A model generated the notes under the pieces. It was not told the DNA's origin and did not search any database. It was given only the letters and a program-made list of their open reading frames with translations. A stretch of DNA of 64,000 nt from contig CAZACX010000001.1 of NCBI GenBank assembly GCA_964483685.1, forward strand, positions 41,350 to 105,349, written 5' to 3'. The stretch is from an uncultured Intrasporangiaceae bacterium. GTDB lineage: Bacteria > Actinomycetota > Actinomycetes > Actinomycetales > Dermatophilaceae. A program made the translations under genes and the position numbers. How positions within the stretch are numbered: position 1 is the first letter of the stretch; each line of letters starts with the position of its first letter. Positions 11,326 through 18,973 of the stretch are shown one piece after another.

Positions 11326-11727
11326 TCAGGGCTCGCGGACAGGGTCGAGGGTGGGGTAGCCGAGCGACGTGGCGGCAGCGAGCATCGCCGCATCGTGGCT
11401 GACGATGGTGGCGTCGAGTCCGGCGGCGATCACTGACCCCAGGTGGATCGCGTCCAGGGTCTTCACGTGAGGCTCGATCGCCTCGGAGGCCGCCAGCACC
11501 CCCTCCGTGACTGGCACCAGAGACAGCACGTCGAGGATCTCGTCGCGGCGGTTCACCGGAAGCCCTTCGCGGCGCAGGACCCGGGTCAGTTCGGTTCGCA
11601 GGATCCGAGACGAGACGAGCATGTGCTGATCGTCCGCTGTGGTCTGGTCGATCCAGGCCGCGGCCGACGGTGAGTGGCCCAGCAGGGCACGCAACGCCAC
11701 CGACGTGTCCAGGTAGAAGATGGTCAC
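11326..11727 (-). CDS. vapC: type II toxin, PIN-domain ribonuclease VapC
   Basis: 133 aa. MTIFYLDTSVALRAL starts with the PIN acidic residue. The start overlaps the upstream antitoxin stop by 4 nt. Confidence 0.85.
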   Translation of the reverse strand: MTIFYLDTSVALRALLGHSPSAAAWIDQTTADDQHMLVSSRILRTELTRVLRREGLPVNRRDEILDVLSLVPVTEGVLAASEAIEPHVKTLDAIHLGSVIAAGLDATIVSHDAAMLAAATSLGYPTLDPVREP

Positions 11728-11972
11728 CGGTTGCGCTCATCGGCGAGCAGGTCGTCGATCGAGGCCGCCGTGCGGAGCTCGTGGCGCGGCAGATCCGACA
11801 GGTGCGAGCCGGCGCGACGTTTGGGTGGCACCAGGTCGAGTCCGGCGGTTCGCGGGACAATGCGGGCGATCTCACGGTTGTGGCGGGTGATCTGGTAGGT
11901 CTCGCCGGCCTCCACGTCGGCCAGCATCGATGTCGGATTCTGGCGCAATTGGCCGACCGTGATCATCTTCAT
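11724..11972 (-). CDS. type II antitoxin, Phd/YefM-like
   Basis: 82 aa. MKMITVGQLRQNPTSMLADVEAGETYQITRHNREIARIVP is a typical Phd/YefM N-terminus. It is coupled to vapC. Confidence 0.8.
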   Translation of the reverse strand: MKMITVGQLRQNPTSMLADVEAGETYQITRHNREIARIVPRTAGLDLVPPKRRAGSHLSDLPRHELRTAASIDDLLADERNR

Positions 11973-12019
11973 GCGGCGCAGCCTACCCGAATGTCTACGA
12001 ATATCTACTTGAGCGAACT

Positions 12020-12260
12020 TTGGTCAATGCGCTGCCCCGCAATCTGCGGACGGCGCTCGTCGTGGAGGGCACTCGCGGTGTTGACGTCCCAGAGATCCCA
12101 GAGGACGTCCTTCGCGAGGCAATCGTCGATGCCTTGACATATCGCGACTACAGCGGGCTTGGTGCGAGGGCAACAGATAGCCGTGGACGTCTACTCCGAT
12201 CGATTGGAGATGCACATCGAACCTCCTGGGTGCCTCGACAGGATCTTCCTGCGGCTCAGG
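12020..12260 (+). pseudogene. frameshifted fragment of an ATP-binding (HATPase_c_4-type) putative transcriptional regulator
   Basis: One frame reads PEDVLREAIVDALTYRDYSGLGA. A shifted frame continues with VDVYSDRLEMHIEPPG. No N-terminal part is present. Confidence 0.4.
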
Positions 12261-12267
12261 GGTTAGA

Positions 12268-12420
12268 TTGCTCGAGTTCCAGCGGCGACTCGCCGAGATC
12301 GCGCTGCCCGTCGCCGAGCGGTACGGGTTTGTGCTGGCCGACGGCTACGCCAGTGCCCTGCACGAGTTCAGGCGGCTGACCAGCGTCACCGGGGCCTTGA
12401 GGAGATGCGATGGATGCCGA
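12268..12420 (+). pseudogene. N-terminal remnant resembling an AbiEii/AbiGii-type nucleotidyltransferase toxin
   Basis: LEFQRRLAEIALPVAERYGFVLADGYASALHEF resembles the start of that family, as recalled. The rest of the frame is not protein-like. Confidence 0.3.
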
Positions 12421-12482
12421 CCCTCACTCCGCGCCGGTGTCGCGCAGGGCATGGGAGGAGGATGCGCGTGCGCGCGAGCGCG

Positions 12483-12667
12483 GTCGGGATGGGGGAACGG
12501 TAGCGAGAAACTTCCGCACTTGCCGCTGTCAGCGCGGTCAAAGCCGAGATGCGCAAGGTGTCCGCGGCTGGGTCTCACAGCCAGGCCGAGTGGGCAACTT
12601 TCGGGGGGCGGCGCCAGAATGCAGCCGTGGAGCCCCTCCCGGCGGACTCGGCAGGTGCGACTCACCC
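12483..12667. repeat. 185-bp direct repeat, copy B
   Basis: See copy A. The last approximately 60 nt are identical between the two copies. Confidence 0.85.
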
Positions 12668-12887
12668 GCTGAGAGAAGATGGCTCTATGCCCGCCGCTGG
12701 AGGAGCCGAGATTGCACCCGAGGACGCCGCCGTCGTCGACGTGACGGACTGGGCTGTGATCAGGGATGAGCCGGGTGGGCGCGATCCCAACAAGCGTTGG
12801 CTCGCTGTGGATCCAGAGGCACCTCGGCACGAGCACCACGCTTCCTGAGGACCTCGGCAGGCGGCCGATCTCGGGGACTCCCGAGCG

Positions 12888-13289
12888 CTAGTCGGTTGCG
12901 AGCTTCACAGCGCTGCGGATGCCTGAGAGGGCGGCCGGGTCGGCCAGCTTCAGGCCGGCGAGGTCGGTGGGGCAGAACCAGCGAATGTCGTCGTGCTCAT
13001 CGGGTGCGGCGTTGACCGGCTCCCCGTCCCAGCGGGTCACGAGAAACGCATGCACGTCGAGGGTTGGGTCATTGAACGTCATCGGGATCAGCACGGGGTC
13101 ATGGACGTGGACACCGAGTTCCTCGAAGCACTCCCGAATGACCGCCTCGTGAGGCGACGCGCCCGGCTCAACATGTCCGCCGACGAGATCCCAACAGCCC
13201 GGATACCACTGACGCAACGGATGGCGATGCGCCAACAACACGAGACCGTCGCGAACAAGTGCCGCGACCGCGATAGGAGTACGGACCAC
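12888..13289 (-). CDS. NUDIX hydrolase (MutT-like)
   Basis: 133 aa with the Nudix box GGHVEPGASPHEAVIRECFEELGV. Confidence 0.85.
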   Translation of the reverse strand: MVRTPIAVAALVRDGLVLLAHRHPLRQWYPGCWDLVGGHVEPGASPHEAVIRECFEELGVHVHDPVLIPMTFNDPTLDVHAFLVTRWDGEPVNAAPDEHDDIRWFCPTDLAGLKLADPAALSGIRSAVKLATD

Positions 13290-13642
13290 GGCGGCACGCT
13301 ACGCGCCCGTGCGTTCCCCTGCCGCGCAGGTGCGCCAGCGACTACCGGCAGGATGCCGACGACGCACACCAACCAGCCGTCGTTTTCCGTGGGTTCCCGT
13401 TCGGTGAGGCCGAGAGCGGCCAGCGGCCACGACGACAGGAATTACCACGCGAGCCACACCGGCACGACACCCGGGACATCGAGGAGGACGTTGGTCAGCA
13501 CAACCGTCTGCCCTACGGCCCCGGCGAGCACAAGCGATGTCTGTCGCCTCGGCCAGAAGGCCTCGCCAGACCGTGCCCCACCCGCCGGCGAAAGGTCGGC
13601 CCGGAGACCGCCATTCGGGCGCTCTTGCATCCTCCTTGGGAA

Positions 13643-13676
13643 TTACTTAGCCTAGGTAAGTAGTTAGGGTAAGTAG
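13643..13676. promoter_or_regulatory. AT-rich TACTTA/TAAGTA repeats just upstream of marR-MFS (candidate MarR operator)
   Basis: The sequence is TTACTTAGCCTAGGTAAGTAGTTAGGGTAAGTAG. It has an inverted TACTTA..TAAGTA around CCTAGG plus a third TAAGTA. It lies about 20 nt upstream of the GGGAGG RBS and ATG 13695. Confidence 0.4.
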
Positions 13677-13694
13677 TTTCCAGGGAGGTCTTGT

Positions 13695-14138
13695 ATGTCA
13701 GTCACGCAGCAACCGCTGTCATCCGCAGCCGTGAGTCGGGTCGCCGGGGACCTGCGCCTCGCCTGTATGCGCATCTCACGGCGGGTCCGTTTCGAGAGCG
13801 CCGACTCCATTGCGCCACACCAGTTCTCGGTGCTCGCCCGGCTCGAGGATCAGCCGCTCACGCCGGGTGAACTCAGCGAGATCGAAAGGGTCAGCGGGCC
13901 GAGCATGACCCGCACCACGTCAGCTCTGGTGGACGAGGGCCTCGTCGAGCGCACCGGCGACCCGACCGACCGACGCTCGGTGATCCTCTCGATCACGCCA
14001 CTTGGCATCCGGACTCTGAAGGCCACGCGCCGCAAGCGGGACGCCTGGATGACCGAGCGTATGCGTGGGCTGACCCCGGCCGAGCAGCATGTGCTCGCGG
14101 AGGCGACCACGATCCTGGAGCGGGTGGCCAGCGCGTGA
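13695..14138 (+). CDS. MarR family transcriptional regulator
   Basis: 147 aa. PHQFSVLARLEDQPLTPGELSEIERVSGPSMTRTTSALVDEGLVERTGDPTDRR is MarR-like. The stop overlaps the MFS start. Confidence 0.85.
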   Translation: MSVTQQPLSSAAVSRVAGDLRLACMRISRRVRFESADSIAPHQFSVLARLEDQPLTPGELSEIERVSGPSMTRTTSALVDEGLVERTGDPTDRRSVILSITPLGIRTLKATRRKRDAWMTERMRGLTPAEQHVLAEATTILERVASA

Positions 14139-15409
14139 GCCCCACGTTCGCCTCGCTCTCGGTACGCAACTATCGATGGTGGGCCGCGGGTGGCTTCGTC
14201 TCCAATGTCGGCACGTGGATGGGCCGCGTCGCCCAGGACTGGCTCGTCCTTGCCGTGCTCACCGACCACTCCGCGACGGCTCTCGGGATCGTCACCGGGC
14301 TGCAGTTCCTGCCGTTCCTGCTGCTCGCGCCGTTCGCCGGTGCCTTCGTCGACCGCCACGACAAGCGGCGCATCCTGCTGATCACCCAGGCCCTGTTGGC
14401 CGTCACCAGCCTGCTCCTGGGGGTGCTCGTCGTGAGCGGCCAGGCCACCTTGTGGCAGGTCTATGCGCTGGCCCTGATCCAGGGGCTCGTGACCGCCGTC
14501 GACAACCCGGCCCGCCAAGCATTCGTCTCCGAGGTGGTGCCCCAGGCCGTTCTCGCCAACGCGGTGTCGCTCAACAGCGCATCCTTCAACGCCGGCCGGT
14601 TGATCGGCCCGGGGACCGCCGGACTGCTCATCGCGGCGTTCGGTACCGGGCCCGTGCTGCTGGCCAACACCGCGAGCTTCGTGTTCGTGTTGGGTGCGCT
14701 CCTCGGACTGGACCGCAGCCAGCTGCATCCCTCGGGTCGACCGCGCGGGAAGGGCAGCGTCGGCGAGGGATTGCGCTACGTCCGCCGCCGACCGGACCTG
14801 CTTCTCGTCATGTTCCTCGTCTTCGTGCTCGGCACGTTCGGGATGAATTACCAGATCACGATGGCCCTCATGGCCACCACCGTCTTCGACAAGGGCGTGA
14901 GCGAATACGGCCTGCTCGGCTCGGTCATGGCGATCGGCTCGCTTTGGGGCGCGCTGTTGGCCGCCCGGCGCAACGAGCCGCGGTTGCGGACCATGCTGCT
15001 CGCCCTGTGCGCTTTCGTCGTGGCTGCGGCAGGTGCGGCGCTGGCTCCGTCGTATGCCGTGTTCGCTGTCCTCCTCGTGCCGGTCGGGCTGGCGTCGCTG
15101 ACCGCCATGACGACGGCGAACTCCCTGGTTCAGACCCGGGTCGACCCCGACATGCGCGGGCGGGTGATGGCGCTGTACATGGCCGTCTTCGCGGGCGGTA
15201 CGCCGTTCGGCGCCCCATTGATCGGGTGGATCGGCGAGGCCTTCGGTGCCCGCTGGACCATCGCGACCGGGGCGGCCTCGGTTGCCATCTCCCTGGCCAT
15301 CGTCGGCGTGTGGCTGTCCCGACACCAGAACGTGCGGGTGAGTTATGAGTTCCGGCGCCGGCCGCGCCTTGCGGTCACGACCACCCCGATGGTCGAGGTC
15401 GCGAAGTGA
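14135..15409 (+). CDS. MFS transporter (EntS-like efflux type)
   Basis: 424 aa, roughly 12 hydrophobic segments. N-terminus SVRNYRWWAAGGFVSNVGTWM is typical of this MFS subgroup. It is coupled to marR. Confidence 0.9.
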   Translation: MSPTFASLSVRNYRWWAAGGFVSNVGTWMGRVAQDWLVLAVLTDHSATALGIVTGLQFLPFLLLAPFAGAFVDRHDKRRILLITQALLAVTSLLLGVLVVSGQATLWQVYALALIQGLVTAVDNPARQAFVSEVVPQAVLANAVSLNSASFNAGRLIGPGTAGLLIAAFGTGPVLLANTASFVFVLGALLGLDRSQLHPSGRPRGKGSVGEGLRYVRRRPDLLLVMFLVFVLGTFGMNYQITMALMATTVFDKGVSEYGLLGSVMAIGSLWGALLAARRNEPRLRTMLLALCAFVVAAAGAALAPSYAVFAVLLVPVGLASLTAMTTANSLVQTRVDPDMRGRVMALYMAVFAGGTPFGAPLIGWIGEAFGARWTIATGAASVAISLAIVGVWLSRHQNVRVSYEFRRRPRLAVTTTPMVEVAK

Positions 15410-15457
15410 CGCCCTCGCCTCCGCTGGACCACCGGCGTAGTGGCCGTGCTCGCCGCA
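15370..15457. repeat. direct repeat copy 1: last 40 nt of the MFS ORF plus following sequence
   Basis: 15370-15413 is identical to 16229-16272 (44 bp). The next approximately 44 bp are similar, at roughly 80% by eye. Confidence 0.8.
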
Positions 15458-15534
15458 GTCGAGGAGGGGCAGCGAGGGCGGGCGCCTTGAAGGGGACTGC
15501 CCCCGGTTTGGTTGACACTCGGGGTGGGTGGTTC

Positions 15535-15690
15535 TCAGGCCGCGTTTGCGGTTGCGTAGATCATCTCAAACTCGATCGGGGTCAGTCTTCCCAGGGCTCG
15601 TTGGCGGCGGGGGCGGGCCGTGGCGAGAGGGTGGCGTAGTGGTCGAGGCGTGTGAGGTGGAGGAGGGCGTCCGTCAGGGTCTCTTGCTCG
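15535..15690 (-). mobile_element. C-terminal remnant of an IS3/IS481-type DDE transposase
   Basis: ...RRQRALGRLTPIEFEMIYATANAA* is the typical extreme C-terminus of such transposases. A possible shifted-frame continuation (QETLTDALLHLTRLDHY) lies upstream. No catalytic core is present. Confidence 0.5.
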
Positions 15691-15697
15691 GTCCGGC

Positions 15698-16198
15698 TCA
15701 CAGCGGCACGGCTTCGTTGAGGATCCGGTCCCGGAGATCGGGGCGGATCGCATCGTCCAGCACGAGGTCCACAGGGACGTTGAGTAACGCGGACGCCGCC
15801 AGCTCCACCTGGGCCAGGGCGAAGAGGCCCAAGGGGACGTCGGCGCTGACGAGAAGGTCGATGTCGGAACCTTCGTGGTCGGTGCCGCGGGCGGTGGAGC
15901 CGAAGACGCGAACGCTGCGCAGGCTGTCGGTGGCGAGCAGAGCTACCAGAGCATCGCGGTTGGCGCGTAGGCGGCGTCCGTTCGGGGTTGTCCCGTGGAA
16001 CTTCAGAAGGCGCCGGATCTCGGGTTGGCTGCGGTTGCTGTGAGCGGCGATCTCGCGTTGCGACATGCCGGACGCGTACGCCCTCCGGACGGCGGCCACG
16101 AGCCGTCCGCGTGCGGCGCGGGCCGCGGCATCCGCTTCTCGGGTCTCCCTTTCCAGGGTCTCGACATTCACACCGCCAATGATAGCAAATGCTTTCAC
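15698..16198 (-). CDS. nucleotidyltransferase-domain protein with N-terminal HTH (MNT-type, type VII antitoxin-like)
   Basis: FGSTARGTDHEGSDIDLLV is the minimal nucleotidyltransferase signature. It is preceded by SQREIAAHSNRSQPEIRRLLKF (HTH). The exact start is uncertain. Confidence 0.7.
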   Translation of the reverse strand: MKAFAIIGGVNVETLERETREADAAARAARGRLVAAVRRAYASGMSQREIAAHSNRSQPEIRRLLKFHGTTPNGRRLRANRDALVALLATDSLRSVRVFGSTARGTDHEGSDIDLLVSADVPLGLFALAQVELAASALLNVPVDLVLDDAIRPDLRDRILNEAVPL

Positions 16199-16228
16199 GC
16201 TGTGCGAGGGGCGATGCTGGCCGCGTCA

Positions 16229-16316
16229 TGCGGTCACGACCACCCCGATGGTCGAGGTCGCGAAGTGACGCCGCTACGCCGCCGAACCAACGGCGTAGCG
16301 GCCGTGCTCGGCGCGG
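16229..16316. repeat. direct repeat copy 2 (displaced MFS 3' end)
   Basis: See 15370-15457. This copy encodes ...AVTTTPMVEVAK* but is not attached to an MFS gene. Confidence 0.8.
16273..16299 (+). terminator. perfect 9-bp hairpin after the displaced MFS 3' end
   Basis: The hairpin is GCTACGCCG-N9-CGGCGTAGC. The corresponding left arm is destroyed in copy 1. Confidence 0.4.
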
Positions 16317-16403
16317 CATACGGAGCCCTGTCTCCTTGATCCTTGGTGTCATTGGGCCTCTGAAGGGCGAGGGCAACCCGCGGGGGTTGTGCCCGTAGTC
16401 AAC

Positions 16404-16431
16404 GACCAGTGTTCTGGTCATACTTGTGACC
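16404..16431. promoter_or_regulatory. overlapping palindromes at the Phd/RelE start (candidate autoregulatory operator)
   Basis: GACCAG-tgtt-CTGGTC overlaps GGTCA-tacttg-TGACC. Together they span the GTG 16426 and reach the ATG 16432 start region. Confidence 0.4.
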
Positions 16432-16713
16432 ATGACGAGCATTCCGCTGGCTGACGCCAAGGCACACCTCTCCGAGGTTGTCAGCCGAGTGAGCAAACAC
16501 CACGAGCGGGTCACCGTCACCGTGCATGGCCAGCCGTCGGCCGTTCTGCTCTCCCCTGATGACCTGGCCATGCTTGAAGAGACCATCGCGGTCCTGGGCG
16601 ATCGCGGCCTGATGACCCAGCTTGCCGCCGCCGATGCCGACCTGGCTGCTGGCCGGGTCGAGACCCAGGCGGACCTCGAGGCGGCGATGCGTTCACGCCG
16701 GACTTCGGCGTGA
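16426..16713 (+). CDS. type II antitoxin, Phd/YefM family
   Basis: 95 aa. IPLADAKAHLSEVVSRVSKHHERVTVTVHGQPSAVLLSPDDL is classic Phd/YefM. The start may instead be ATG 16432. Confidence 0.85.
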   Translation: MTMTSIPLADAKAHLSEVVSRVSKHHERVTVTVHGQPSAVLLSPDDLAMLEETIAVLGDRGLMTQLAAADADLAAGRVETQADLEAAMRSRRTSA

Positions 16714-16985
16714 ACGATCCGCGCTACCAGTTGCGGATTGTTTCTTCGGTGCGTCGTCACCTCACGGAGGTCCTGCTCGAAAGAGTTGCCACCGCCGCGT
16801 TCGAGTTCATCACCGGCCCGCTGCTCGATGACCCGCACCGCGTCGGCGCGATGCTCCGGTCGCCCCTGGCAGAGCGGCACAGCGGACGGCGAGGCACGTA
16901 TCGAGTCATCTACAGGATTGACGATGAGACCCGAACGGTGACGGTCCTAGCGATCGGCCACCGCGGCGAGATCTACCGCTCCTGA
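16710..16985 (+). CDS. type II toxin, RelE/ParE family
   Basis: 91 aa with the C-terminal RRGTYRVIYRIDDETRTVTVLAIGHRGEIY. It overlaps the antitoxin stop by 4 nt. Confidence 0.85.
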   Translation: MNDPRYQLRIVSSVRRHLTEVLLERVATAAFEFITGPLLDDPHRVGAMLRSPLAERHSGRRGTYRVIYRIDDETRTVTVLAIGHRGEIYRS

Positions 16986-17198
16986 GAGACCGGTGAAGGC
17001 GGCCGGTGACCGCGTCACCACTGGGATGCCGCCTCCGAGCAGCAGTACCGATCAGGCAGTTCCGGAACAGTTCCACGACCGCGGCTATCCGGAACGGCGC
17101 CTTCTGGAGAACTCCGGCCCGCAAATTGTGCGTACGCGGCCCACCCTCGCGGCTGCGACTGCCCATGCGTCAAGAAGTCGCCTTGCTACGGTGGATTC

Positions 17199-17381
17199 GT
17201 GGCATTGAACAACCCGGACCCGGACGTCGACCGGCTCGAGCGGGTTCAGTCCCGTGCCCACGCCGCTGCGACGAGCGATGACCTGATGGTCGTGATCACC
17301 CGTGGGCGCGACCGAGCCGTCCTCGACCCGCGCAGCGCCGACGAGGTCATCGGCTACGACGAAGACGGGCTCCCCGAGTGA
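17199..17381 (+). pseudogene. short antitoxin-like remnant
   Basis: 60 codons. DDLMVVITRGRDRAVLDP...EVIGYDEDGLPE resembles the middle and C-terminal parts of Phd/VapB-type antitoxins. No intact toxin follows. Confidence 0.3.
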
Positions 17382-17562
17382 CGGTCGCGGTCGACGACTT
17401 CAGCCAAACGGACATTCGCCAGGGCAGGCGGCCGATGCGTCCGTTGCCGTCGTGCAAGGGGTGCGCCGACTCGAACACGCAATGTCCCACGGCCGCAGCT
17501 GGGTCGGCTTAGTCCTCGGGGAGCAGGCCGGCGGATGGGAGTTGGGAGCGCGTGGGGAGCGG

Positions 17563-18441
17563 TCAGCGACCCGCGAGGGCCAGCCCCACGGTGAGGAGCA
17601 CGGCATACCCAAGCTCGACGATCCCCGTTCCGGCGAGCACCGGGACGAGGGCACGACCGCTCGTGCCACCACGCACGCGGCCCGCGAGGCGAGCCGCGAA
17701 GGGGGCGGAGGCTAACGCCAGCCAGGCCCACGGGTGGGCGAATCCGATAACGAGCGCCACGGCATACGCGCAGGCAATGAGGGCGACATAGAGGCGCCGG
17801 GTGCCCGCATCGCCGAGCCGCACCGCAAGGGTTTGTTTGCCGGTCGCCGTATCCGTGGGGATATCGCGCAGGTTATTGGCGACCAAGATGGCGCTGGCGA
17901 GCGCGCCGATACCGATCGCGCCAAGGCAGCCGACCCAGCTCACCCGCCCGGCCTGGGTGTAGAGCGTGCCCAAGGTCGCGACGAGCCCAAAGAAGACGAA
18001 CACGTAGATCTCGCCGAGGCCCCGGTACCCGTAGGGGTTGTTGCCGCCGGTGTACCGCCACGCCGCGAGGATCGCGAGGGCCCCGACGACGGCGAGCCAC
18101 ACCGCGTTCGCGAGCGCAACCAGTGCCAGGCCTGCCAGCGCGCCGATGCCAAAGAAGGCGAACGCCATGAGTTTGACGTTGCCCGGCGCCGCGAGCCCTT
18201 GACCCACGAGACGAATCGGCCCGACCCGGTCGGCATCGGTGCCTCGGATCCCGTCGGAATAGTCGTTCGCGTAGTTGACGCCGATCTGCAGGCTCAACGC
18301 GACAAGCAACGCGAGCAGCGCGAGTCCGAGATTCGCGTCGCTGAGGGCGGCAGCAGCGCCGGTTCCGACGAGGACGGGGGCGAAGGCAGCAGGCAGGGTG
18401 CGGGGGCGCGCACCGGCAATCCACTGAGCGGTCGAAGCCAT
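17563..18441 (-). CDS. menA: 1,4-dihydroxy-2-naphthoate polyprenyltransferase
   Basis: An internal ATG at 18441 gives [26 protein letters not shown]. It has the UbiA-family motif [14 protein letters not shown] and is polytopic. Confidence 0.9.
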   Translation of the reverse strand: MASTAQWIAGARPRTLPAAFAPVLVGTGAAAALSDANLGLALLALLVALSLQIGVNYANDYSDGIRGTDADRVGPIRLVGQGLAAPGNVKLMAFAFFGIGALAGLALVALANAVWLAVVGALAILAAWRYTGGNNPYGYRGLGEIYVFVFFGLVATLGTLYTQAGRVSWVGCLGAIGIGALASAILVANNLRDIPTDTATGKQTLAVRLGDAGTRRLYVALIACAYAVALVIGFAHPWAWLALASAPFAARLAGRVRGGTSGRALVPVLAGTGIVELGYAVLLTVGLALAGR

Positions 18442-18574
18442 GGGCGGAGTGTTCTCACTAACGACGGGAGCAAGGTCGGTCGGACGAAGCTGGGACGAGG
18501 CTGGGACGAGGGTGGCCGTGGTTGGACGAGGTTGTGCGAGGTTCCGACGAAGCGTCGTCGGGCGCTTGGGGGCG

Positions 18575-18847
18575 TTAGAGGTTCTTGAGGAAGTCGGGGT
18601 CGTCGTCCGGGCCCATCGGGCGGCGCGGACCCGGACGCCCAGGGTTCGCCCGCCCCGGCAGACCAAAGGTTTTCGGGCGCCCGGCGAACCACCACGCCGC
18701 GGGACCGGCGACCGGGAACAGCAAAATGACGAACACCCACACGACCTTGGGCAGCCCGCGCACCGATTCGTCGGGCGTCTGCACGCAGTCGACGATCGTG
18801 TAAATCGTCAGGACGAGCGCCAGCAGCCCGGGCAGGAAGCGCAGCAT
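18575..18847 (-). CDS. small membrane protein (PLD nuclease N-terminal / PLDc_N-like)
   Basis: [25 protein letters not shown]...[27 protein letters not shown] is typical of PLDc_N small proteins. I chose the start at 18847. Confidence 0.65.
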   Translation of the reverse strand: MLRFLPGLLALVLTIYTIVDCVQTPDESVRGLPKVVWVFVILLFPVAGPAAWWFAGRPKTFGLPGRANPGRPGPRRPMGPDDDPDFLKNL

Positions 18848-18864
18848 CCCGACATTGTCCCACC

Positions 18865-18951
18865 CATCCGCGCCGACCACCGTCCGCCGACCACCGTCCG
18901 CCGAACCCCGTCCGCCGACCCCCGTCCGCCCCGACCATCCTCCGCGCCGAC
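18865..18951. repeat. six tandem 13-16-bp units (minus-strand consensus GTCGGCGGACGGTG)
   Basis: Units are 18865-77, 18878-91, 18892-906, 18907-19, 18920-35 and 18936-51. The inner four are CNCCGTCCGCCGAC-type. The outer two are CATCC(TC)GCGCCGAC-type. Confidence 0.7.
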
Positions 18952-18973
18952 GATCGTCGCAGCTGCCGGTCGG

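Noticed and set aside
12686-12848. A short ORF after repeat copy B (…VDVTDWAVIRDEPGGRDPNKRWLAVDPE…), considered as a HipA-like kinase N-terminal fragment.
   Set aside because: It has only a vague resemblance to the substrate-loop region of HipA-like proteins and is about 55 codons long. I cannot support the call without a search.
13290-13630. A possible small membrane-protein gene on the minus strand. The 62-aa ORF 13442-13630 and ORF 13088-13372 are in the same frame, separated by a single TAA at 13442-13444.
   Set aside because: The N-terminal part is not protein-like, and GGAGG sits directly against the ATG with no spacing. The downstream part would overlap the NUDIX gene. This could be a nonsense-mutated pseudogene, but the evidence is too weak to call.
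17378-17560. A possible PIN toxin remnant (VTVAVDDFSQ...) overlapping the stop of the antitoxin-like stub.
   Set aside because: The only support is a weak match to the first few residues of PIN proteins. The rest of the frame is Cys/Arg/Pro-rich and short.
18865-18951. Whether any tandem repeat in the window (18865-18951, 50644-50765, 1242-1331, 27275-27400) is a CRISPR array.
   Set aside because: The units are contiguous with no unique spacers, the units are too short or lie in coding sequence, and no cas genes are present.
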